A stretch of 64,000 nucleotides of DNA from Octopus sinensis. Taxonomy: Eukaryota. Location: contig NC_043006.1 in assembly GCF_006345805.1 (NCBI RefSeq), positions 8,494,001-8,558,000 of the forward strand, in the 5' to 3' direction. The position numbers and the translations under genes were made by a program. The notes under the pieces were generated by a model. It had not been told where the DNA came from. It made no database searches and was given only the letters and a program-made list of their open reading frames with translations. Below, in pieces: positions 53,546-64,000 of the stretch (position 1 is its first letter; each line of letters begins with the position of its first letter).

Positions 53546-54314
53546 TTATTTATATTATAAATAACACAACTTATTGAATATGTTCATATAGAGAACATAA
53601 GAAAGCCGTCCAACATAGTTGAGAAAGTAATACACAACACATAATTCCTTATTTTGTAGTTAAAGTGAATAAAAGAAACTGAATTGATAAAATCTCATAT
53701 CCAAATGCTAAATGAATTTTATAGATTGACATTTTCAGAAGTAGATACGTATTTTTAGCAATTTCTTAGGTGTAAAATTTTAGATTTCATTCTTTAGAGT
53801 ATTTTATAAATGTTCTTCAATTCTGCAGAAATATTAAATTAAAAAATATAATTCAAATTGGACTTAGTGTGTCTGCGAATAGTATTCATAATTTAGATAT
53901 GCAAATATTATCGATATGAAGTGCTCGTGAGAATAGAACGACTCAAAAATGTTACTATATAATAAAGGAATTATTGTAGTAAAATAGAATTGAGTAAATT
54001 ATTCTGAATAAGGAAGGAATACACATTGCAGAGAATCAATGTTATACTGTCATTAAGCAACAATAGAAGAACATGTACAAGACTGCGATGGCAAGTGGTT
54101 GTCGGTAATATTGAAATTTATAATGGAATTGACTCTTGCTTCTTATTATTATATGAATTAATACTAGGTTGAAGTAGGATATTTGTGCATACATATATTT
54201 ATACATACATACACACCCAACGTATATATATATATATGCACAAAAGGAACGAGGAAAGTATTAAAATAATATATATATACATATATATATATGTGTGTGT
54301 GTGTGTATACATAT

Positions 54315-54345
<31 letters not shown>

Positions 54346-54404
54346 CGTACATATATCTATATACATATATATATATATATACATACATACATTCATAAAT
54401 TCAT

Positions 54405-54437
<33 letters not shown>

Positions 54438-55251
54438 GTAAGAAGACAGAGGTGGATTAAAAAATTACAGGCGACTATTAATGAAGCACTCAATTTTCAA
54501 CGAATTTGGTTAAATACATCCAATAATCAGACACCAATGCGCATCCGCAGCAATTCCTCTCGTATGACAAATAGATCCAAATAGCATTCTGATAAAGCTC
54601 GAGAAATTCAGAGTAATAGACAGCAAAAAGTGTAGAATTCACTACACAAGCTGATAACTGTTTCTGTTGTGTTGACGTTTTGTGAACATGCATTTTACAA
54701 TGTACTAATTTCTATGATATTATTCCAGACACTAGAATAATATCCTATTTTTCTTAACACGAAAACAACAGTAGCTTTAATTCGCAAATAATGAAATTAT
54801 GTCCACCAATGAGGTATAAGCACTTATTCTCTTCGTTCGAAATTTACGTATATTTGTGTGTCTGTGTGTGTGTGTGTTTATGTTTTTGTGCTTATATGTA
54901 TGTATGAGTGTGTGTTTAACTATATCTTCCACGATATGCAGCACTTGACGTTCGTGCCCACTAGTTAGTAACAAAATAAAAAAAGACTGCAGAAGATGTT
55001 TTAAATGATACTAGCATTTCGTTCCAAACTATGCTCTGAGAAATAAACCATCCAACACATACACACGCAGACACACTCACAGACACAAACACACACATAC
55101 ATATATACACACACACTCACGAATACACGGACACAAGAACACGTAAATACCCCCAAAGTAACATGCATGTATACGAAATATATGTATGTAATATGTGTAT
55201 GTGCGTGTATATATGTAAAATATATATACATTTTCGTACGTATATATATAT

Positions 55252-55335
<84 letters not shown>

Positions 55336-55337
55336 AG

Positions 55338-55385
<48 letters not shown>

Positions 55386-55768
55386 TTAATAAGATGCGGT
55401 TAAAAATCTTATAGGATGCTATGCAAAGCGTGTCCACTGTTATTGGCTACCTGATGTCATTATACTGCAGAAATTATGCTGCCACTTGATAGAAAATGGA
55501 ATGAACGACATTCCTTGTTTTAAGTCGCTACAAATTTTTCGACATAATTCTATCTCTATAGCTGTTGAGATTTTTTGTAATAATTATCGTCCATCTAAGG
55601 CTTAAATTACGCCCCCTAAGGTAACTAGTGATAAGCCCTTCGTTAAATCGTACCATCACTTCCCTGTGAGATAGCAGAGTATGTATTTTTAAAGCAGTTT
55701 ATTGAGAAAAATAAACCCATAAATATAGTGAGAGACAAAATACTCTTTTTATCAAAATGCAAACACAA

Positions 55769-55850
<82 letters not shown>

Positions 55851-55939
55851 AATTGAACCTGTTTTATCAGACTATAAAGAAGAAAGTGCTAAACAAAAGG
55901 AAAAGTAAAACTATGCATTTAGTTATAAAATGATAACGT

Positions 55940-57300
55940 GATAAAGACTGACCAATTCAGTACTTATCAACTGTTTCTGAGTTTCTTTGTTACCCTGTGT
56001 CATTGTAAACAATATCCCCAGTCAAGTATCCCGATTTCAGCAAGTGAAACATTATTTAAATCGGATGCACATCATTATAATATAGCATTAGCTAGGGCTG
56101 GATATACTGAGAAAACAAGATAAATATCATATGAATGTATACAGCAACAATAATAACAGCTCTGAGCCATAATTTAATGGAAGAAATTATAAATACGACA
56201 TAGATGCAGGTGGTTGTTTCAACACAAGAAAGAGAGAGACAATGGCACAATAAATAAAACTAAAAGTTAAAAGAGGGCTAAACTAAAAATCAATTATAAG
56301 TCTTACTGGAAATCCTGAGATACTGCCCCACCACAGATTATGCTAGTTATAATAGACCAAATAACATATAAAACTGCAACATTTGGTTATATAATCTGAT
56401 TTTATTGTTACACATATCATCCAAGTCTGCATTGGATAGGCACACTTCTAAATCTAATGCCACATGATTTTAACAGATATACAATGAAATTATCATTCGT
56501 AACATCCATAGCTTGGAAATCTTCGAAGAAAACATCCATGAACTCAATCATCGGAAGATAAACCGGAGATTAATAACGTCATTGGTGGGGGCTAAGATAG
56601 AAACAATCCTTTAATCCTTCAAATAAGGATTGCAATGATAAAGAAGTAATCAAGTCCGTCCAAATAATTCTGACAAAGATAATAATTCAGACGATGGGAA
56701 GGATAATATGAGTAATGATTAAAAGGCTGAAAATAACAATAATTATATTACTAGAAACATCCAAAATGATATGCCATAATCACTATTAGAACCATAGAAA
56801 CAATAAAGCTATAATTAGGAATAGAGGAAAGGATGATTGCGACCGAATGAAAGTTAGCCTGCAAAAAGAATTGTAGTTGTAAAGGAAGATATCATACCCT
56901 CTGGAATAGGAATGCCATCGTAAGAACGTAATATAAAAATGTACCGTCAGAGCCCTAGCAAATGCCTTAGTATTATCGGCTGAACTGCCGACTGCTTCAA
57001 ATGTCGGTATTGGAAACGCATTGCATCGTTTCAATTCATTAACAAGAAGCAATACACAGCACCAGCAGCCCTGGTCTCTAAACTTAAGAAGGGAAAGTGG
57101 AATACAACATCACTTGGATGATAATAAAAGGTGCATATCCGTACAATACCTTCTCAAATTATTTCAATCTCTGATCTGAGGATGCGCGAAACATTATAAG
57201 GTGCACAGATAAATTTCGAGAATAGGTTCGACGCACTACAGACTAAAGTGCTCGTTTTCGCAGTTTTGTAAAATCAATTAATGTTTGAAGCTCTATTGAT
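55940..57300 (+). mobile_element. Decayed Penelope-like element (RT thumb, linker, GIY-YIG C-terminus)
   Basis: SETLFKSDAHHYNIALARAGY, LDRH...FNRYTMKLS and LKKG.VEYNITWMII.GAYPYN motifs across many frameshifts. Confidence 0.7.
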
Positions 57301-57391
57301 CAAATTTGCATTAACATTTCTCTGTCGTTATTGCACGTATTTATTTCAGAAATTGTTAAACGTAATTTAGAAATAGTTAGATGTATGTCAG

Positions 57392-57458
<67 letters not shown>

Positions 57459-57887
57459 TATATATATGCACACACACACGCACGCATACACACACACGTG
57501 CGCGCACACACACACACACGCACGCACACAAAAACTCACACATATCTGGAGAGATATTGCAATAAGTGTGTGAATCTAAAAGTGGAGCAAATGGAACAAT
57601 TAACTGATCTTCCTGTATTTGCATTTGTACAAAGCCACAAAATTTTAAAAACCCACTTGTGTGTGTATATATACAGAGACAAATAGAGAGAGAAAGAGAG
57701 AAATATTTATATAGATGGCCTTGTATGTGGGCTGGACTTAGGTTTAGAAGTGTACATGTGTCCACAATCAATAAATCTATATATATGGTTAAATTCAATT
57801 GTACTCATATGACTCTATATAATATTATATTTCTATTTTTTATAAACAGATAGAATCTAAGAAGAATGTATGTGTGTATCTCTCTCT

Positions 57888-57967
<80 letters not shown>

Positions 57968-57973
<6 letters not shown>

Positions 57974-58639
57974 TCATCCCATGAATAATGCGGTTATTTA
58001 TACTTCATATTTCCAAATTAAGATAAAGAAACTTCTTTTTAAATCTAAACTATTCTCTTCTCCATTTTCTCCAACATTCTTCCATCTGCCTGGTAGACTT
58101 GCAAATCCCCTCTTCCAAAATTCACTTGTCTCTGACGAAAAATACTTCTCTAGTACTGTTCTGACCTCGCCTACAGAATTCATATTTGTTTCCGTACAAC
58201 AGATTTTGAAGACTGCGGAATAATGGTAATCAGATGTGGCCTTGTCCGGCAAATATGGTAGGCGGGGTATCGTTACCTCCTCAAACTGCTCCACCCTTTG
58301 GAATGTCATCTTCACTGAATGTGGCTGAGCATTATCCTGATGGGAGAACATCTTTCGTCTCGAAACCAGAGATGGTCATTTTCTTCTAGCGCTGACTTAA
58401 GCCACTCAAGCTGCTCGCAGTAGATCTGCTTTGTTATCGTTTGGTTTAGGTTTAGAAGTTCAAAGTATACTAAACATTTCATACATAATTTATATTATTT
58501 ATATTTGACGGATATTTGTCCTCATCTTGTCTGTTGTTAACACAATGTTTCGGCTGATATACCCTCCAGCCTTTATCAGGTGTCTTGGGGAAATTTTGAA
58601 CCGGGGTTCTCATTCATGAGGTATTTTTTGATGTTGTTG

Positions 58640-58700
<61 letters not shown>

Positions 58701-59735
58701 ATTAACTGCCTGGAATCGAACTCGGAATATTGGGGTTATTTGCCAGCTATCTTAACCACTACGCCATATGCCCGTGGGTGACGAGCTAGTTTTTGATGGA
58801 GTTTCTCTATATGTCTCCATTGAAGTCTAATGTCGGCTCCGTACCGATTAGATAATGCAGTTCTAAATTTAAGGGATGAGGAATTATGTACATTATTTAC
58901 ATTATTCCTCATGTCTTAAATATAGAACTGTAAGCATATCATATACCACCAAACAGATAACAACAGCTTATGTGGGTGAAGACCTGGTTGAAACCAGGGT
59001 ACTGGTGTTTCTCCTTTCCCTACCCACTGTGTTCGGCACTTTACATTTTTATACAAAACCTATTTCTCGTGACTAGTCACTATTCGCTCCAAATAAGAGT
59101 CATTCGTGAAACGTGGCAGCAAAGAAGAGCACACATTCACTCTCTGTGCGCGATTAGACTCGGGAAGCTTGTGAGGAACCCATTGACCCAATTTGCTGAC
59201 TTTTCCTATGGAACGTAGCTGTCGATTAATACTTGAATGACCAAAACCATGCTTTTCTGCTAGATCCTTAAAAGTTACGATTGGAGTTTTTCCCCCTAGG
59301 GTTCGCAGTATGTCCTCGTTGAGCCGTACAGACCTTCCTGGCCGAAGCTCTTCTTCTAGGCTGTAGTTTCCGGCTTGGCACTTCTGGGACCACCATTGAT
59401 TCTGGCTTACGTTTATTGTCCGCTCCCCATGTACTGCATTAATATTCTTCGAACTTTCTTTTGCGTTATTGGTTTTATTGAACTCATAAAGCAAAATATG
59501 GCGAATATGCTCCTTTTTCACGTCCACTATAGCTTTGAAAGGATAACTGTTAAAATCGAACTACACTCTTCAAAGCTTGCATTAAAAATAACTTCAAAAC
59601 TTGCACTTAAATGCGATTTCATTAATTTCAGTAATAATATATTTTTCTATTTGCCTGTAGCTGGTGGTTCACGCGGTTGATCAGAGTTTAGAATAGCTTA
59701 CAATGAAGTACAGTTCTTTTAGGTAATGAACCTAA
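57968..59735 (-). mobile_element. Mariner (DD34D) transposon, decayed, interrupted by a nested insertion
   Basis: MDVKKEHIRHILLYEF...WVPHKL...RIVTSHEK.VLYKN...LLSVWWYM|KCLVYFELL...HQDNAQPH...PYLPDKATSDYH...GFASLPGRWK. WVPHxL and PYSPDLAPSD-type motifs are present. Confidence 0.9.
58484..58938 (-). mobile_element. Nested insertion: Penelope-like LTR piece with hammerhead relic (58538-58583), (AAT)n tract and tRNA-like segment (58700-58775)
   Basis: Flanked by tcataca/tcatata near-duplication; removing it restores the mariner WWYMKCLVYFELL. Contains ACAC-CUGAUAA-A-GGCUG..CAGCC-GAAAC-AU-U-GUGU. Confidence 0.75.
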
Positions 59736-59790
59736 TCATAAATAAAATACCTGTAGAAGAGGCAAAAATAAGTAAATAAATAAATATATA

Positions 59791-60014
59791 CAGTAATCCT
59801 TCGACTAACGCGGGTGCTACGTTCCAAAATCCTCTACGATAGGTGGAAAGCTGCGAAATAGAAACAGTAGTGTACTGTATATTTTTTAAATATTATTTTT
59901 ATAATTTGTATATATCTATTTCATTATAAATGCAAAACAACACAGCGAAGGAACCGACGTGAGCTTAATTAATAAACCGCGATAGGTGAACCGCGATATG
60001 GCGAGCGATTGCTG
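59791..60014. mobile_element. pogo/Tigger-like MITE
   Basis: TA-CAGTAATCCTTCGACTAACGCGG ... CCGCGATATGGCGAGCGATTGCTG-TA inverted ends. Confidence 0.8.
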
Positions 60015-60476
60015 TAATTACACAATTAGTAGGTTAATCACGTAGTATCCTTGCGTTGGTAAAAATATTCATTAAATAAAGCAGGATAGTCTCTTGCTTC
60101 AAAGGTAATTTGACAGAAGTGAAACTGAAAAAGACAAAGCAGACTTTTACGCATCTAGCCAATATTTGTGACATAGAACATGTAAAAATCTGTTGTCTCT
60201 CTTTAATTTCACGGCTATCAACTTTTTTCTTGGAAAAGAACCCCAGATCAATTTAATTTTTTTTTCGATTTTACAAGACTATACAAATTTGGTTGGCTCT
60301 GCAGACCATCATTAGTCTCCTTGGATTCTGTTTTTTCGTCTATATGCACAAAGACATTCATATATGCATATATACATACATGCAAGCATGAGAACATACA
60401 AGCTTACATACATATATACCTACATATATACATACATACATACATACATATATACATACATATATACATACATATA

Positions 60477-60510
<34 letters not shown>

Positions 60511-60528
60511 CATACATATATACATACA

Positions 60529-60562
<34 letters not shown>

Positions 60563-60835
60563 CATACATATATACATACATATATACATACATACACATA
60601 TACATACATATATACATACATACATATATACATACATATATACATATATACATACATGGATTGCCCTCCATGGATTGCTCTGTTTGCTGTAAAGAATGTC
60701 TCTAACATATTATCTGCTTGTTGAATATGTTACATGTGATTTTTTATACCCTGCTTTAACTATCACATGATTGGCTTCAGTTTTTCTCCAATGTTATTAG
60801 TTATCTTGCTACAACTTTTATGTCTAACATAAGGA

Positions 60836-61260
60836 GGATCTTTTCGGTTTGAACGGCAGTTTTTTCTAGCGGCGTCATATGAGATTGTCACCCATAATTA
60901 TGACCCTAGTATCTATCTATTGCATTTCAATCTATTTTAGGGTTAGGGTTAGTTAGGGTTAGGGGTGGTGGAAGGGTATCTTTTTTCTTCAGAAATGTAA
61001 ATAAACCCAATCTGTTTCTTAAACGAGGGACATATTCATACGGCGCAAAATGTTTTCACCTCAATTAGACGTCATTGATTGGTTGAAATTGCAGAAATTG
61101 AAGAAAAAGACAACACATATCTTACAAACTATAGAATTTTCTCAATAAAGCCAAGAGAAAAAGATGTTTTATAAACACATTCTAGCAGTATACGAAGTTG
61201 AAATATGTTTAGTTACGTGGAAATTATTTTAAAAAACTGCTGTTCAAACCGAAAAGATCC
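60836..61260. mobile_element. Non-autonomous DNA transposon with ~30-bp TIRs starting GG and an 8-bp TSD (Merlin-like)
   Basis: TIRs ggatcttttcggtttgaacggcagtttttt / aaaaaactgctgttcaaaccgaaaagatcc. Perfect TSD cataagga at 60828-60835 and 61261-61268. Confidence 0.88.
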
Positions 61261-61999
61261 CATAAGGATATCTTTGAATTTATTAAGGATATATTCTTTT
61301 TCTAATAATAAATGTTATTTTCTAGTTCGTAAAGGATGAATTTCCTTGAATAAGGAAATATGGTAAATGTTTGTCATATATAAAATGTTGTCTTCCTGAA
61401 AGTTTTGTTAAAAACTTATATAAGCGGAATAATTATGAATTTAGCACAGACGTTTTAATTATGTATACTAATTATAGTGTTATTTCATTGGAAAATATCT
61501 CGAATAGAACTTGGAGTTCACTAATTATAAATTAGAATTTACTGTTCAATCTCTAATTCCGGAATAAGTGGTAATTAACAATTGTAATACTATGATATTT
61601 TTACATTTAATATGTCATAAATATTTAAAATTACAATTTCAGACAAATTATTTTAAAACTAATCTTCTTTAAAAAGCACGCCACGTTAATGATTAATGTG
61701 TCCATAGGTGCCGAACAACTCAAATATTGTAAACATTGTTTTACTTTGTTTCTGAGGTATTAATATGATTCAAAAATACTGATCACGATTTGCGTTAATT
61801 ATTGTATTATTGTCGTAGAGTTAAGGCAAAATATGCCTGTGAGGATTGAGTATTTCTAGAAAGAATGAATAGAAGTGAAACCTTCCCTATCAAAAGTATC
61901 TCACGTTTTAATTACTATAGACATTATTCGCGTTGGTAGTGTTTTAGCCCCTCTCTCTCTCTCTCCTTCTCTTTTTCTTTCTCTCGTACTATGTATGTT

Positions 62000-62069
<70 letters not shown>

Positions 62070-62899
62070 TATACACACGTGTGTATGAATATATACATAC
62101 ACACTCACACACATATATATCGCTCTCTCTCTTTCTCTCTGTCTTTCTTTCTTTCTTTCTCTCTCTCTCCATATATATATATATATATGTATACATGCAC
62201 ACATATATGAATGTTTGTGTGTGTATATGTATACATGTTCAACATAAATTCTTGCTATAGCCATGTAGCCCTGTAACAGTTTCGTATTGTTATTAATTTT
62301 TAAAACTGTGCATATCGTTTAACAACTTTAACTGAAATAAAAATAGACAGACGATGTAAGAAAATTGAAACCACTGTTCTTTTCCATCTTCTATTTTCTC
62401 ATCAACACACAATAATTATGAGGGGAAACTAAATCAAAAGTATTTGATTTGCTGTGGATAAATCTTATAATTTCTAAAAACATTATTTAGTATGTCTCCA
62501 TATAGTAGCGTTTCAACTATCTAGACGTTAACAAAGGCTAACACACAATGTACAATAAGAGGTGCTTCAAAAGCATATTTTGATAACACTAATCGCAATT
62601 TATAAGAATTTTTAGACAATGTAGACATTAGTAATTACTGATTAAGTGAGATATTCTAACCAAATTAAAAAGCGGATTTCGTTATTATTGTATCAATGCA
62701 TTGAAAAAAGTCACTGTTCACTATGCTGGTAGGATCAGCATAGATTGCCACTAAAGTAGTGATGAACTACACTTCATGATAAACCTGAATGCGTTCAAAA
62801 CTCCAGAAATATTAGGTCGGGTTCATACTCTAATATGAAAAAGCCGCTAACATATCTACGAGGTAAAATGATGTTTATCCATTGATACATTAGGTGTAT

Positions 62900-63750
62900 A
62901 TGTGCTGCGTTGAAGTCTTTCCAATCCGCTGATACGATTATTAATACAGCAACATACCGCAAAAGTTTAAAAAGTTACATGTAGAATTTACTTACAAGTG
63001 GGGAGCAAAAACTATTGAGAGTCTTCTCTTCTATAGATTTCAGGGAAAGTTATTTTCGAAACATATGCTATAGCAAAATTAAAATATGCCCAGAGGCATT
63101 TTTCATAAATGATAATATAATTCCCATGCTTGTAAGAACGCTAACGACAGGAGTTTCATCTTGCGAAAAAATAAATATTAAAATACCGAACAGTGTATAA
63201 CCTACGTAATTTGTCCATCAATTTTACCAAACGCTTAGTCTGTGTAGAGAGTGATTATTCCTGAAGAATAATATGAATCTCTAGACAAATTTGTAGGCAT
63301 AATCAAGATGTCTTCCACGTTTCTCGGAAGAGACACATCGGACTATCTTCTAGTTTAACACGGAGTAAATTAGGCTTTTATTTCTGCAACGTTATTGGAT
63401 ATACTTCTTGATGTCACGCTGAAGATTTAGATCTAACCGCCAACATATTTAAAAAAGTTCTGCACTACTTCTATTAAGAGGCAATAGCCTTAACACTAAC
63501 GATTATCATATGAAATGCTGAAGTCAAATATAAGGCTAAACCTGACACATGGCATAGTAGTATGATATCTAAGAAAAACAGTAAGTATAATTGCGTTTCT
63601 TGCCACACCCAGTCTTGTAAAATCGCTTTCGAGAAGATCAAAGATCGTCTAAATGATTAACGGCGCATAAAACAGCCAATAAAATGTATTACGCTGTATG
63701 GCTATCTTTCGCGTTGCACTCTACATATAAAATTAGAGCATAGTCACATA
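62900..63750 (-). mobile_element. Very decayed RTE-like RT fragment
   Basis: EVVQNF.KYVGG.I resembles the RTE EVVxxFxYLGS motif; the rest is riddled with stops. Confidence 0.3.
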
Positions 63751-64000
63751 ATTTTTCAATTGCATCTTCTACGCACTGAAATTAACTGATTTTGGCAATG
63801 GATTAGAACTGGAATCCATATGTTTGGCAAGTGTTGCCTTTTCTGAAGTCATTGACGGGTTTGTGACATACACGATGATCAAAAATGGAGATACAAACGG
63901 TGCAAAGAACTGTTCGTTATCGCTGGCTAAATGTTAGAAGTCGTCAAATAGACAATATGAAATTTCGATATTCGTAGGCGATATCCACTATTGTACTGAA

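Noticed and set aside
57185-57215. ctgaggatgcgcgaaac, hammerhead-like
   Set aside because: No room for stem II; better explained as the decayed CxLCxxEK coding motif of the Penelope GIY-YIG domain.

Overview
Very AT-rich eukaryotic DNA dense in (TA)n/(CATA)n/(CA)n/(ATT)n microsatellites and tRNA-derived SINEs. The repeat landscape suggests a coleoid cephalopod, probably Octopus (inference from pattern recognition). The only host gene I can support is the 3' part of a Cys-loop ligand-gated ion channel of the GABA-A/GRD/CG8916-like type on the minus strand. It has an M2-M3 exon (45165-44966) and a terminal loop-M4 exon (3098-2799), joined in phase 0 across a ~41.9 kb intron; upstream exons were not found in the window. 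The rest is intronic or flanking sequence packed with decayed retroelements (CR1/L2, RTE, Tx1, Penelope-like), DNA transposons (maT DD37D, mariner DD34D, pogo/Tigger, Merlin-like and fold-back MITEs, a Helentron-like element) and SINEs. The most interesting signals are an atypical, partly nicotinic-like M2 pore sequence in a GABA-type subunit, several minimal hammerhead-ribozyme-like motifs (one with an intact catalytic core on the gene's sense strand), modular and tandem SINEs, and several hairpin or inverted-repeat structures in the pre-mRNA. Most entries in the ORF track are microsatellite artefacts.
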